From Nitrosopumilus maritimus SCM1 (lineage in GTDB: Archaea; Thermoproteota; Nitrososphaeria; Nitrososphaerales; Nitrosopumilaceae): a DNA stretch of 32,000 bases. The notes beneath the pieces were generated by a model that saw only the letters and a list, made by a program, of their open reading frames with translations, made no database searches and was not told the origin of the DNA. The stretch spans positions 1,440,001 to 1,472,000 of the forward strand of contig NC_010085.1 of NCBI RefSeq assembly GCF_000018465.1. Direction: 5' to 3'. Positions 1-10,254 of the stretch are shown in pieces (position 1 is the first letter of the stretch; the number at the start of each line of letters is the position of its first letter). A program made the translations under genes and the position numbers.

Positions 1-114
1 TCAGACATTAGAGAAATCATTATCAAAAATTACAGACAAAAAGAAAGAGTCAATGAATTGATCAATACCGCAGGATGGTCATTGTCAAGAATGCTGGAGA
101 ATATTAACAAGTGA
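1..114 (+). CDS. 3' end of an upstream CDS, truncated by the window (…DIREIIIKNYRQKERVNELINTAGWSLSRMLENINK*)
   Basis: Frame 1 is open from base 1 to TGA at 112-114, just before guaA. Too short to assign a family. Confidence 0.5.
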   Translation, partial: SDIREIIIKNYRQKERVNELINTAGWSLSRMLENINK

Positions 115-118
115 TTAC

Positions 119-1642
119 ATGGACAAGATTGTAGTTTTAGATTTTGGATCACAGTATAGTCATTTGATTTGTAGAAGAATAAGAGAATTTTCAGTATATG
201 CAGAACTAGTTCCTTTTGATATTAGCTATGAAGAGTTGCAAAAACACAATCCAAAAGGAATAATTTTTTCAGGCGGTCCATCTAGTGTTTATAGTTCTGA
301 TGCACCAGTTCCAGAAAGTAAAATTTTTGATATGAATTTACCGTTACTTGGAATTTGTTACGGTCATCAATTAATTGTAAACAAGTACGGAGGTAAAGTA
401 AAAAGAGCAAACAAAGAATACGGTTCCTCATTACTAACAATTGACAATGATAAAGATTTGCTAAATGGTGTCGGTGAATCAGTAAGGGCATGGATGAGTC
501 ACGGGGATGAAGCTGAAGAAATTCCTCCAGGATTCCAAGTCATAGGACATACAGAAAGTGCAAAAGCAGCTGCAATAGCATCAGATGAAAAATCAGTTTA
601 TGGAATTCAATTCCATCCAGAAGTTGTTCACACAGAACAAGGTACAGAAATTCTCAAAAATTTTGTGTTAAAAGTTTGTGGGGCAAAACAAGACTGGACA
701 ATGGAGGGTTTTATCGATTCGGCAGTAGAAAAAATCTCAAAAATTGAGGGTAACGTGCTTTGTGGAGTCAGCGGAGGCATAGATTCCACTGTAGCGGCAT
801 TGTTAATTCACAAAGCCATAGGAGACAGACTCAAGTGTGTTTTTGTCAATAATGGATTGCTTAGACTAAACGAAGAAACAGAGATTGAAACTATGTTCAA
901 AGATAATTTCAATGTAAATTTTACATCAATTAACGCAGTAGATAGTTTTCTTGACAAGCTCAAAGGAGTTGAAGACCCAGAAAAGAAGAGAAAGATTGTT
1001 GGTGAAGAATTTGTTAATGTATTTACAGAATTTGCTGAAAAGAACGGTCCATTCAAATGGTTAGCTCAAGGAACTCTATATCCAGATGTGATTGAAAGCG
1101 GAGTTTCAAAAGGACCAGCTGATGTAATAAAATCACATCACAATGTAGGAGGACTACCTGACTGGCTCAATTTAGAAATTTTAGAGCCATTAAGAGAACT
1201 ATACAAAGATGAAGTAAGAATGATTGCAAAAATTCTTGAAGTTCCAGAAAAACTTTTCATGAGACATCCTTTCCCAGGACCAGGATTGGCTGTAAGAATC
1301 ATCGGAGAAGTTACACCAACAAAACTCCAAATCTCAAAAGTTGCAAGTAAAATTGTAGAAGACGAACTAGTTGAAGCCGGTCTGTATGGAAAAGTTTGGC
1401 AAGCTTATGCAGCAGTAGGAGATGATAGGGCAGTAGGTGTTGTTGGAGATGAGAGAAAATACGGAAATATTGTAATGATCAGAGTTGTTGATTCAATTGA
1501 TGCAATGACTGCAGATTGGACAAGATTACCACACGGATTGTTAGAAAAGATGAGCAACAGAATAACAAATGAGATTGAAGATGTAACTTGGGTGACATAT
1601 ACTATATCAAGCAAGCCTCCTGCCACAATTGAGCCTCAATAG
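119..1642 (+). CDS. guaA: GMP synthase (glutamine-hydrolysing), fused GATase and ATP-pyrophosphatase domains
   Basis: GATase nucleophile motif LLGICYGHQ, FHPEV, PP-loop VLCGVSGGIDSTVAA, and C-terminal RHPFPGPGLAVRI and ISSKPPATIEPQ. Confidence 0.97.
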   Translation: MDKIVVLDFGSQYSHLICRRIREFSVYAELVPFDISYEELQKHNPKGIIFSGGPSSVYSSDAPVPESKIFDMNLPLLGICYGHQLIVNKYGGKVKRANKEYGSSLLTIDNDKDLLNGVGESVRAWMSHGDEAEEIPPGFQVIGHTESAKAAAIASDEKSVYGIQFHPEVVHTEQGTEILKNFVLKVCGAKQDWTMEGFIDSAVEKISKIEGNVLCGVSGGIDSTVAALLIHKAIGDRLKCVFVNNGLLRLNEETEIETMFKDNFNVNFTSINAVDSFLDKLKGVEDPEKKRKIVGEEFVNVFTEFAEKNGPFKWLAQGTLYPDVIESGVSKGPADVIKSHHNVGGLPDWLNLEILEPLRELYKDEVRMIAKILEVPEKLFMRHPFPGPGLAVRIIGEVTPTKLQISKVASKIVEDELVEAGLYGKVWQAYAAVGDDRAVGVVGDERKYGNIVMIRVVDSIDAMTADWTRLPHGLLEKMSNRITNEIEDVTWVTYTISSKPPATIEPQ

Positions 1643-1651
1643 GTGAACAAT

Positions 1652-2008
1652 ATGGAATATGAGAAAATTTGTGATGAGATTTTAGGATGTGATAAAAAAA
1701 TCAGATATGTTGGAGTGTATGATTATGGAGAATTACATGATAAAATGCGTCCAGGAGTAGAAAGTTTTCTATCAAGAGAAGAAACAGAGTTGTCATTATC
1801 TCAAGCAGTTTATCGTTGGTCAACACGTAAAAAAACATCAGATAAAATTGGAAAACCAGAATTTGCACTAGCAAAATATGAGAAAATCTACAGAGTAACA
1901 GTACCAGTTGGAGGTGCAGGGTTGATTTTGTTCAGTACAGAAGTAGATGCCAATGTAAATGAGATAATTGACAAAGTTATTGAAATCAAAAATAAATACT
2001 CCGAATAA
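1652..2008 (+). CDS. Conserved hypothetical protein, about 119 aa (resembles small thaumarchaeal proteins of unknown function)
   Basis: ORF tightly packed after guaA. The ATG at 1652 is more plausible than the upstream TTG at 1643. Confidence 0.7.
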   Translation: MEYEKICDEILGCDKKIRYVGVYDYGELHDKMRPGVESFLSREETELSLSQAVYRWSTRKKTSDKIGKPEFALAKYEKIYRVTVPVGGAGLILFSTEVDANVNEIIDKVIEIKNKYSE

Positions 2009-2011
2009 TTT

Positions 2012-2281
2012 GTGATGAATATGGACTTTCATGTTTTTGATACATATGTCAAGGCAAAGGATGGACATACAATGCACTTTGATGTGGTTACAGACAATAG
2101 TAATGTAGAAAAGGCAATTTCTTACGCAAAAGAATGGCTCAATACAATTGGAGAAGAAAATTCCAAAGTGACAACTGAAGAATGTAAATTTTGTCACACA
2201 CAATCTGTTCCAGAAGATATTGAAATTGAGATAATGACTAACGGTTATTTCATTTCAAAGATGGAAGGTTGTCCTGAATAA
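2012..2281 (+). CDS. DUF2024-like family protein
   Basis: N-terminus MDFHVFDTYVKAKDGHTMHFDV is characteristic of the family. Contains CKFCH. Confidence 0.75.
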   Translation: MMNMDFHVFDTYVKAKDGHTMHFDVVTDNSNVEKAISYAKEWLNTIGEENSKVTTEECKFCHTQSVPEDIEIEIMTNGYFISKMEGCPE

Positions 2282-3151
2282 CTAATTTAGCAAAGCAGCA
2301 CCATAGACACCTGCTGAATCTCCCAATTCATTTTTCAAAATAGGGGTATCAACTAAATCTGAAAATACTTTTTCATAAACAGATTTTTTTCCTTCAGTAT
2401 ACAGGAAATCAATATTTGACAAACCACCTCCAAGTACAATTGCATCAGGATCCAAAATGTCAATCACATTTGCAAGACTATATCCAAAATTTTCTAAAAA
2501 TTCACTTTTCCAGGTTTTTCCAATATCATTATCAAGATTTGAAAGGATTTCAGGTACGGATTTTGATTCTCCTGAGAGTAATTCCCATTTTTGTTCCAAT
2601 GCAGGACCACTGATGTAGGTCTCTACACATCCAGTTTTTCCACAATAACATGGATTTCCATTACGATGCAATGTATGATGTCCCCATTCTCCAGCAATGT
2701 TGGTTCTTCCTGAATGTAGTTTTCCATTAACAGTAATACCACCACCAACACCAGTCCCCATTATCACGCCAAAAACAAGATCAAAATTTTTTGCAGCACC
2801 CATTTTTGATTCTGCCATAACAAAACAATTTGCATCATTTTCCATTACAATAGTTTTTTTCAATTTTTTTTCTAGATCTTCTTTTAGAGATTTTCCAATC
2901 AAACACTGAGTGTTGCTGTTTTTTATCAATCCAGTTTTTTTTGAGATTGCACCGGGAGTACATATTCCTAAAGAATAATCTAGAGTATTACTTGATAATT
3001 CTAAAACCAAATTTGAGATAGTATCAAGTATTTCAGAATAATTATTTTTAGGGGTTGGAACTCTTTTTCTTTCTAAAACATTTAGAGAATCATCTAATAG
3101 AATTGCTTCAGTTTTTGTTCCACCTAAATCAACACCTAGCTTGTACAACAA
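2282..3151 (-). CDS. ROK family sugar kinase (glucokinase-like)
   Basis: KLGVDLGGTKTEA phosphate-binding motif, MENDANCF, GVIMGTGVGGGI, GEWGHH and zinc motif CYCGKTGCVE. Confidence 0.92.
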   Translation of the reverse strand: MLYKLGVDLGGTKTEAILLDDSLNVLERKRVPTPKNNYSEILDTISNLVLELSSNTLDYSLGICTPGAISKKTGLIKNSNTQCLIGKSLKEDLEKKLKKTIVMENDANCFVMAESKMGAAKNFDLVFGVIMGTGVGGGITVNGKLHSGRTNIAGEWGHHTLHRNGNPCYCGKTGCVETYISGPALEQKWELLSGESKSVPEILSNLDNDIGKTWKSEFLENFGYSLANVIDILDPDAIVLGGGLSNIDFLYTEGKKSVYEKVFSDLVDTPILKNELGDSAGVYGAALLN

Positions 3152-3188
3152 TAACTTATGAAAATTAGAACGCTTAAGTTTTAATCAA

Positions 3189-4811
3189 TTATCCCATTGG
3201 AGGCATGCCACCGCCACCTGGACCACCAGATACTGCAATGACATCATCAATTCTAAGAATCATACATGCAGCTTCTGTTGCAGATTTGATAATCTGTTCT
3301 TTGACAGCAATTGGTTCTACAACATCAATAGAAAGCATATCTGCAATCTTTGTGTTTTTAGCATCAATACCAGTCCATTTACGACCTTGGTTTTGTTTTG
3401 CTCTCAAGTTTGCCATTGTGTCAATTGGATCCATTCCTGCATTTTCAGCAATTGTTAATGGAATTACCTCTAAGGCTTCAGCATATTTCTTAATTGCAAG
3501 TTGTTCTCGTCCATCAAAATTGTCAGCCCAGTCTTTGAGTTGTGATGCTGCAAATGATTCTGGAGCACCTCCACCTGCGACAATTTCAGGCTTTTCAATT
3601 ACGTCTTTTACTACCATGAGAGAATCATGAATAGAGCGGTCAACCTCATCAATTACTCTTTGAGAGCCACCACGAATCAACATTGTAACTGATTGTGGGT
3701 GTTTACATCCTTCAATGAATACCCATTTGTCAGATTCAACTTTCTTTTGGTGAACCAAATTAGCAGAACCAAGATCTTTTTCAGATAGGTCATCAATATT
3801 ACTAATTACACGGCCGCCAGTTGCTTTTGATAGTTTAATCATATCACTTTCTTTTACACGACGTACTGCAAGAATTCCGTTTTTGGCAAGATAATGTTGT
3901 GCAATATCATCAATACCTTTTTGGCAAATTAGAACATTAACTCCAATATCATGTAGTTTGTCAACCATTGTCTTGAGCATTCTGTTTTCCTCTTCTAAGA
4001 ACATCTGCATTTGAGTAGGATCAGAAATTCTAATTTCAGAACTCATTTCAGTTTTTTCAATTTCAAGTGCGGAATTTAACAAAGCAATGTTTGCTTTATC
4101 GATTTTTGTAGGCATTCCACTGTGAACAATTTCTTTATCTAAAACAATTCCTTTAACAATTTGAGTATCTTGAATTGATCCACCTGATTTCTTTTCAACT
4201 TTTATGTTTTCAAGATCAACAAAGTAATCTTCACCTTTCTTTGTAACTATGCTAAGAATAGCATCAACTACAATTTTTGATAATGTATCACTATCTTCTG
4301 AGATTAATTTTGATTGCATACTTGTTGTAGCAATTTTAATGAGTGATTCTTTGTCATCTGGTTTAATTTTCTTTGATAATTCAGAATAGATTTCAAGGGT
4401 TTTTTCTGCAGCAGCTTGATAACCGTCAATAATTGTTGAAGAATGAACATCTTTTTTGAGTAGGTCTTCGGCTTTAGCCAAAAGAGTACCTCCAAAAACT
4501 ACAGAAGAAGTTGTACCATCTCCAACTTCATTGTCAACAGTTTTTGAAATTTCAACCATCATTTTGGCTGCAGGATGCTGAACATCAATTTCTTTGAGAA
4601 TTGTTGCCCCATCATTTGTAATAGTAACATCACCTAAGGAATCAACTAACATTTTATCTAGACCACGTGGGCCAAGGCTGCTTTTGACTAATTCTGTAAC
4701 TAATTTTGCGGCTGCAATGTTGTTTTGTTGAGCGTCTTTACCTTTTTGTTGTAATGCACTCTCTTTGAGCACTAAAACAGGTCCATTTGGTCCTTGTTGA
4801 ATTGATGCCAT
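3189..4811 (-). CDS. ths: Thermosome subunit (group II chaperonin)
   Basis: [40 protein letters not shown]-terminal [15 protein letters not shown]. Confidence 0.97.
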   Translation of the reverse strand: MASIQQGPNGPVLVLKESALQQKGKDAQQNNIAAAKLVTELVKSSLGPRGLDKMLVDSLGDVTITNDGATILKEIDVQHPAAKMMVEISKTVDNEVGDGTTSSVVFGGTLLAKAEDLLKKDVHSSTIIDGYQAAAEKTLEIYSELSKKIKPDDKESLIKIATTSMQSKLISEDSDTLSKIVVDAILSIVTKKGEDYFVDLENIKVEKKSGGSIQDTQIVKGIVLDKEIVHSGMPTKIDKANIALLNSALEIEKTEMSSEIRISDPTQMQMFLEEENRMLKTMVDKLHDIGVNVLICQKGIDDIAQHYLAKNGILAVRRVKESDMIKLSKATGGRVISNIDDLSEKDLGSANLVHQKKVESDKWVFIEGCKHPQSVTMLIRGGSQRVIDEVDRSIHDSLMVVKDVIEKPEIVAGGGAPESFAASQLKDWADNFDGREQLAIKKYAEALEVIPLTIAENAGMDPIDTMANLRAKQNQGRKWTGIDAKNTKIADMLSIDVVEPIAVKEQIIKSATEAACMILRIDDVIAVSGGPGGGGMPPMG

Positions 4812-4855
4812 TTAGATTCAGCTTCAATCCCCTGAATCCCCCTTTTTAACATTAC

Positions 4856-6619
4856 TTAGTTGATCGGTGAGATGTAACTTCGTTTTTTCACATCAACTAT
4901 ACCACCTGAAAGAATTCTGACAGAGGGTAAAGCCAAGAAAGGTAAGAACAAAGGAATCAGGTGAGGCCTAGAAAACTTGCATCCAGAATCAACAATAGAA
5001 TTGTTGATTTTTTCAAAGTTTGATGAAACCTTTTCAAAAGAATCTGTTGAAACGATCCCTGCAAATTGTAAAGGTAGTGAAGCAAGTATTTTACCGGATT
5101 TTACAACTACTAACCCACCTTGATTTTTTATCAAGTGGTTTGAAGCAACTTCCATGTCAGAATCATTTGAACCAATAACTATTAGATCATTTTCATGAAA
5201 ACTCCAAGTAGATGCAAATGCACCAATATCAGCACCAAAATTTTCAAGAAATCCTATAGAGTGTTTGCTTGTCCCATGGGTTCTATCAAATGCGGCTACC
5301 TTCCAGATATCAGAGTCTAAAGATGCAGATATCAAATTGTTCTTAGATTGAAGTTCAGCTGAACCTATCTTTGTAATAATTTCAGTCTGCATGAATATTG
5401 TGTTTGCAATAACATCTTTCTTTTTAGATTTTATTTCAAAATCATTTTTTGAGAATTTTTTTAATTTTACAGTATTTTTAATCCAAGGAGAGATTGTTTT
5501 TTTCTTTATAGGAAAAACAATTTTTCCATCAGATACTGCAAGTTTTCCACCTACGAATACGGTTTTGGGTCTAAAAGATTTCAAATCATTAAAAATTAGA
5601 ATATCAGCTAGTTTTCCGGGTGCAATTCCACCAAGATCTTTTCCCATGTTATAATAATCAAAGTTATTTTTTGATGCCATACTTACTGCATCAATCGGTT
5701 CTAGACCGAGTTTGATGGATTCACGAATACAATGATCAATATGACCAAATTTTGTAATATCTTGTGGATCAAGACCATCTGAACAAAACATCAATCGGTT
5801 TAGATATGTTCCATGAGACAACACTCTAGGAACAATTTCTTTCAAATCACGCCGAATAGAACCTTCTCTAATCATTATCCACATTCCAAGACGCAATCTC
5901 TCTAAGACTTGATCAAAATTAATTGGTTCGTGACAAGAAAGAACTCCTGATGAAACATAGGCGTTAAGTTTTTTGTCACTTGCGCCAGCAGTATGTCCAT
6001 TGATTATACAATCACATTCCAACATTGCAGAAAGAGATTTCATTGTTTTTGGTTCACGAAGAGTAACTTTTGTCCAAGAAAAAACTTCACCCAATCCAAG
6101 TACATGTGGATGTTTTACTGCAGATTTTTCTTGAGATAAAGTGAGAGTGTTGCTATTGCTAAATTTTGCATCAACAGGTAATCCACCAGGTACAACCTGA
6201 AAAATTCTTACGGGGAGGTCTTCTCCCAATTTTAAAAATTCTTGAAATCCTTTGTATCCACCTACACTAACAACATCAATAGGATCAGAAAAAAGAGAAG
6301 TTACGCCACAAAGAAGTGCTTGTTTTGCAAATTCAGATGGAAGAACAAATTGATCAATATGTAGATGAGGGTCTGCAAAACCGGGACCGACATACTTGTT
6401 TTTTACATCAATGACTTTTGTTTTAGGACCTTGGGCATGTGTTGCGTCTGGTCCAACATATGCAATTCTCTCACCAGTTATTGCAATCTGAGTTTTTGGA
6501 ATAATTTCTCTAGTATAGACAGAAAGTAAATTACAATTTTTTAAAATTAGATCTGCTTTCTTATCACCCATAGCCACAGAATTTAGAGTAGAGATCGAAT
6601 TTGCTAGGCTCGAAGTCAC
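4856..6619 (-). CDS. ade: Adenine deaminase, amidohydrolase superfamily
   Basis: VGPGFADPHLHIDQ metal-binding motif, NGHTAGASDKKLNAYVSSGVLSCHEP, FCSDGLDP, and the C-terminal adenine-deaminase domain. Confidence 0.93.
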   Translation of the reverse strand: MTSSLANSISTLNSVAMGDKKADLILKNCNLLSVYTREIIPKTQIAITGERIAYVGPDATHAQGPKTKVIDVKNKYVGPGFADPHLHIDQFVLPSEFAKQALLCGVTSLFSDPIDVVSVGGYKGFQEFLKLGEDLPVRIFQVVPGGLPVDAKFSNSNTLTLSQEKSAVKHPHVLGLGEVFSWTKVTLREPKTMKSLSAMLECDCIINGHTAGASDKKLNAYVSSGVLSCHEPINFDQVLERLRLGMWIMIREGSIRRDLKEIVPRVLSHGTYLNRLMFCSDGLDPQDITKFGHIDHCIRESIKLGLEPIDAVSMASKNNFDYYNMGKDLGGIAPGKLADILIFNDLKSFRPKTVFVGGKLAVSDGKIVFPIKKKTISPWIKNTVKLKKFSKNDFEIKSKKKDVIANTIFMQTEIITKIGSAELQSKNNLISASLDSDIWKVAAFDRTHGTSKHSIGFLENFGADIGAFASTWSFHENDLIVIGSNDSDMEVASNHLIKNQGGLVVVKSGKILASLPLQFAGIVSTDSFEKVSSNFEKINNSIVDSGCKFSRPHLIPLFLPFLALPSVRILSGGIVDVKKRSYISPIN

Positions 6620-6689
6620 GATTTTTGATTAGATTTTGCGCCTATTATAGATTCAATGCTTAAATTACGGGTGAGAAGGTTTTGTTGAT

Positions 6690-6971
6690 ATGAACATACC
6701 AAAGGTGATCCGAAAGTATTGTGCAAAATGTAAGACACATACTGAACAAAAGGTCTCCATTTACAAGGCTGGAAAGAGACGCGGTTCTGCAAGAGGTGAA
6801 CGTAGACACGCTGAACGTAAACATGGGTATGGTGGACAAAAGTTCCCAAAATTAGCAAAACCAGCCAAAGTTACAAAGAAAGTTACTCCAATTATGACTT
6901 GTACTGTATGTAAAAAGAAATACAATAAACTAGGTGTTAGAATTAAGAAATTTGAGTTGGTGGCAGCATGA
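6690..6971 (+). CDS. rpl44e: 50S ribosomal protein L44e
   Basis: MNIPKVIRKYCAKCKTHTEQKVSIYKAGKRRG and C-terminal CTVCKKKYNKLGVRIKKFEL. Confidence 0.96.
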   Translation: MNIPKVIRKYCAKCKTHTEQKVSIYKAGKRRGSARGERRHAERKHGYGGQKFPKLAKPAKVTKKVTPIMTCTVCKKKYNKLGVRIKKFELVAA

Positions 6972-7165
6972 AGAAAGATCACGTCGAAATTCCAAAACCA
7001 TCAAGTAAGTTTCAAAAAGTCAATTGTAATGAATGTGGAGAACTACAAATTGTTTATTCACATGCATCAACACAAGTTGCTTGTAATTCATGCGGAAATG
7101 CAATTGCAGAAGCAACAGGTTCTAAAGCAAAAATTAATGGTAAAGTCTCAGGCAGTGCTGAGTAA
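6968..7165 (+). CDS. rps27e: 30S ribosomal protein S27e
   Basis: CNECGELQIVYSHASTQVACNSCG zinc ribbon. Overlaps L44e by 4 bp. Confidence 0.95.
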   Translation: MKKDHVEIPKPSSKFQKVNCNECGELQIVYSHASTQVACNSCGNAIAEATGSKAKINGKVSGSAE

Positions 7166-7732
7166 ATCATAATCCTGTTTAGTGTTTAGATTAAGTGCAA
7201 TTCTTTTATCATCAAGAATAACATAATTTTCTTCTATATTTTCAAGTGAATTAATTTTTTGAGAATCAATTAGAGATATTCCTGTGAAGTTACATTTTTG
7301 ATTATTATGAATTATAGAATATTCAGATTTTGTTCCAATAGAAGATAATAATTTGTCAGTTACAAGAATACTTGTCCAAATTTTTTTAGAATCAGATTGT
7401 TTTACAATTGTTTGAATAATTTCTGTATCTAACAAGGGTAGATCACCAGAGGTAACTAGAACTAAATCCTTGAATTTTCGTAATACTGAATTTAGATCTT
7501 CAACATATCCAAGTCCAGATGTATCAAAAGTTTCAATGTTATTTTCTTCTAGTAGTTTTTTTGTTTTAGGTGAATTAGGGCTAGTTACTGCAATAATTTT
7601 TGAAAAACAACTTGAATTTTTTAATGAATCAATAACATGAAGGATGATTGGTTTTTTGTATTGTAAGAGTAATTTTTCATCATCTAAATTCATGCGTGTT
7701 CCTTTACCACCTGCCATAACAATGCCAATCAT
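7148..7732 (-). CDS. cobY: GTP:adenosylcobinamide-phosphate guanylyltransferase (archaeal CobY type)
   Basis: N-terminal MAGGKGTRM nucleotidyltransferase motif, VTSGDLPLL, and position in a cobalamin operon. Confidence 0.88.
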   Translation of the reverse strand: MIGIVMAGGKGTRMNLDDEKLLLQYKKPIILHVIDSLKNSSCFSKIIAVTSPNSPKTKKLLEENNIETFDTSGLGYVEDLNSVLRKFKDLVLVTSGDLPLLDTEIIQTIVKQSDSKKIWTSILVTDKLLSSIGTKSEYSIIHNNQKCNFTGISLIDSQKINSLENIEENYVILDDKRIALNLNTKQDYDLLSTA

Positions 7733-8469
7733 ATTGATACAAACACCATCAATGAAGCTAGTCGGGTAAGTTCGTTTGTAGCACCAATTACATCTCCAGT
7801 AATTCCACCAAAACTACGTGTAGATATGCCAAGTAGGAATAATGTCAATGCAACAGTGACTCCAAGCATTATCAATCCAGTAGTCTCACCAATTAAGGCT
7901 ACAGGAATAAGCATGATGATAAATGCGGCTACCAGTTTTCTCTTGTCTTTCATCAAGTGTACAAAAGGAGAGTTTGAGCCAGATGCAGCTGAATTTCCTA
8001 AACTAGCCATAAGCACCATTGAGAATTTGGCTAAAATTTCGCTGATTAGAATTGCTTTAAACAAATCAAATCCATTAGTAAGTGATATTGTGATTATCAG
8101 ACCAACCAGATACAAAACGAGTCCAACAATTCCAGCTGAACCAGTAGAAAGATCTTTCATTGCTTGAATTTTCTTTTCTTTTGTTCCTTTCACCATAAGT
8201 CCATCTGCAAAATCAGCTAAACCATCAGCATGATGAATTCCAGTAACTATTGCAATAGATGCAACAACTAACAAGCTAACAAGTAGTGGATCTAAAAAGA
8301 AAGATAGTCCAAATCCAAATGAACCAACTAAAAGTCCAATTGCGATTCCAACAATAGGAAAGACATACATGTATTTTGCAATACTTTCCAAAGTTGCATT
8401 TGATGATGGAAATATTGTCAAGAAAGAAAAGACAGAACCTATTTCCTTAAGCATGAATCCACCATCCAA
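7729..8469 (-). CDS. cobS: Adenosylcobinamide-GDP ribazoletransferase (cobalamin synthase)
   Basis: HHADGLADFADGLM motif, polytopic membrane protein, TRSFGGITGDVIGATNE. Confidence 0.95.
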   Translation of the reverse strand: MDGGFMLKEIGSVFSFLTIFPSSNATLESIAKYMYVFPIVGIAIGLLVGSFGFGLSFFLDPLLVSLLVVASIAIVTGIHHADGLADFADGLMVKGTKEKKIQAMKDLSTGSAGIVGLVLYLVGLIITISLTNGFDLFKAILISEILAKFSMVLMASLGNSAASGSNSPFVHLMKDKRKLVAAFIIMLIPVALIGETTGLIMLGVTVALTLFLLGISTRSFGGITGDVIGATNELTRLASLMVFVSI

Positions 8470-9418
8470 TTAATGTTAAAACAGTAACAATTGGAACAAT
8501 TACAAGTCCAAAGAATAGAATTGAGGTCAATTTCATAATAGATATTGCAGAATGTACGTGTTCTTTTGTAAGAGTTAATTCACCACTACCCAATTCATAA
8601 TGATTTACTTTTTCAAATTTTGTGCCAAGTGCTCCTGCTAATGCAGCCATAGGATATCCTGCATTTGGACTCTCAGTTTTTTTGCCATCACGAATCATAA
8701 TCTTGTAAGATTCTTTCCAGTTGTTTTGTAAAATAGCAGCTGAAATGATCATTACAAGTCCGGTGAGTCTAGATGGAATGTAATTCAATACGGTATCACA
8801 TGTAGCTGCAAACCATCCCAAATTTTTGAAAATATCAGTTTTGTATCCTATCATAGAGTCAGCAGTGTTGATAATTCTATACACAAATGCTCCAGGCAAG
8901 CCAAAAATAGCATAGTAAAAGAGAGGTCCAGTTATTCCATCTACAGTATTTTCACTAACGCTTTCAAGCACGCCTGAAATTACATGATTTTTGTCTAAAT
9001 TGGAGGTATTTCGCTTAACAATCATGGACAGATTCTCTCGTGCAGAATCCAAATTATTCATCTCAAGTGATTCTACTACTGCCATTGCATAGCGTTCCAG
9101 CCCCTTGATTGCAATAGTAGTCTTTAGTAGTAAAGCACCTATCACAACTGAAACTATCAAAGTTATCCAATCAGTTGAAAGTAATGAAATTCCAAAATCC
9201 AAAGTTAATAGTAATGTAACAACTATTCCGGCAGGGATTGTTACTACAAATATTCCACCAAATCTTTCGAGTTTTTGATTTTGATTTTGTCCAAGTGGAG
9301 TTAGTTTTGCAATTAATCCACCAATCCAAGCAGTTGGATGATATCTATTCTTAGGATCTCCAAACACTAAATCTATAACCAATGCAAATCCCACAATTAT
9401 CAAAGACTCTAAAATCAT
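8447..9418 (-). CDS. cbiB: Adenosylcobinamide-phosphate synthase (CbiB/CobD)
   Basis: DLVFGDPKNRYHPTAWIG, SENTVDGITGPLFY, NTADSMIGYKT, PNAGYPMAALAGAL. Confidence 0.95.
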   Translation of the reverse strand: MILESLIIVGFALVIDLVFGDPKNRYHPTAWIGGLIAKLTPLGQNQNQKLERFGGIFVVTIPAGIVVTLLLTLDFGISLLSTDWITLIVSVVIGALLLKTTIAIKGLERYAMAVVESLEMNNLDSARENLSMIVKRNTSNLDKNHVISGVLESVSENTVDGITGPLFYYAIFGLPGAFVYRIINTADSMIGYKTDIFKNLGWFAATCDTVLNYIPSRLTGLVMIISAAILQNNWKESYKIMIRDGKKTESPNAGYPMAALAGALGTKFEKVNHYELGSGELTLTKEHVHSAISIMKLTSILFFGLVIVPIVTVLTLIGWWIHA

Positions 9419-10254
9419 TTTATCATCCTCTCAATAGCTTTGATATCTAAATTGTTTTTTACGATTTTTGCTAGTTTATCTAGATCTTTATCAATTTTTG
9501 AAATATTCTTTTTTGTCCAAGCAATTTGTTTTGCCTTAACATTTAACGAATCTTCCTCTGGCAAGTCAACTTGCATCATGGGAATAGTTCCGATAACAGG
9601 GATTTTAGTAAGTTGTTTTATCTTTCTAAAGCCTGGTTTTAGCACATCAATGTCTCCTCTGAATTTATTTAATACAAATCCTTTTACTAATTTTTTATAT
9701 TTATTTTCAATTAAATTCATAGTTCCAACTAAACTTGCAAATGAACCACCTTTGTCAATATCTGAAATCAAAAGTACAGATGCATTTGCTTTTTGAGCAA
9801 TTTGCATATTTGCAATATCGTATTTTTGTAAATTAATTTCAGCTGGAGAACCTGCACCTTCTAAAATCACTAGATCATAATTTTTTTTCAGTTTTGATAA
9901 TGAAGTGGTGGCTGCCTTAAGTCCTTTAGATTTTACAAATTTTGTATAGTATTCTTTTGCATGCATTTTCTTGTAATGTTTTCCATTGAGGTAAACTGCA
10001 CTATAGTAATTTCCTAAAGGTTTGAGCATGATGGGGTTAAAATCAGGCTCAATTGGGCATTTGGCGGCAATAGCTTGGATTGCTTGCGCACGAGAAATTT
10101 CAAAATCAGGCGTGGCATAGCCAAAATTAGACATGTTTTGGGACTTGAATGGGGCCACAAGGTATCCTTTTTGTTCAAAGATTCTACACAATGCTGCAAC
10201 CAATGTTGATTTCCCAGCACCAGAAGAAGTTCCTTGAACCATCAAAGGTTTCAT
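9415..10254 (-). CDS. cbiP: Cobyric acid synthase-like protein, apparently the N-terminal synthetase (P-loop) half only
   Basis: MVQGTSSGAGKSTLVAALCRIF, PFKSQNMSNF, LEGAGSPAEINL, ISDIDKGGSFAS, LNKFRGD. The ORF ends about 20-45 residues after LPEED, with no Cys-nucleophile GATase domain. Confidence 0.85.
   Translation of the reverse strand: MKPLMVQGTSSGAGKSTLVAALCRIFEQKGYLVAPFKSQNMSNFGYATPDFEISRAQAIQAIAAKCPIEPDFNPIMLKPLGNYYSAVYLNGKHYKKMHAKEYYTKFVKSKGLKAATTSLSKLKKNYDLVILEGAGSPAEINLQKYDIANMQIAQKANASVLLISDIDKGGSFASLVGTMNLIENKYKKLVKGFVLNKFRGDIDVLKPGFRKIKQLTKIPVIGTIPMMQVDLPEEDSLNVKAKQIAWTKKNISKIDKDLDKLAKIVKNNLDIKAIERMIK

Noticed and set aside
282-491. Minus-strand ORF antisense to guaA, with similar ones at 808-1056 and 1405-1626
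   Set aside because: Fully embedded antisense to a well-conserved gene, with shadow-like composition and no motifs.
1868-2203. 111-aa minus-strand ORF rich in Cys and Phe
   Set aside because: Antisense across two better-supported small plus-strand genes. Composition is the complement of their codons.
3205-3630. 141-aa plus-strand ORF starting [12 protein letters not shown]
   Set aside because: Antisense to the thermosome [12 protein letters not shown] tail and neighbouring codons.
6616-6982. Minus-strand ORFs 6616-6858 and 6761-6982
   Set aside because: Antisense to ribosomal protein L44e.
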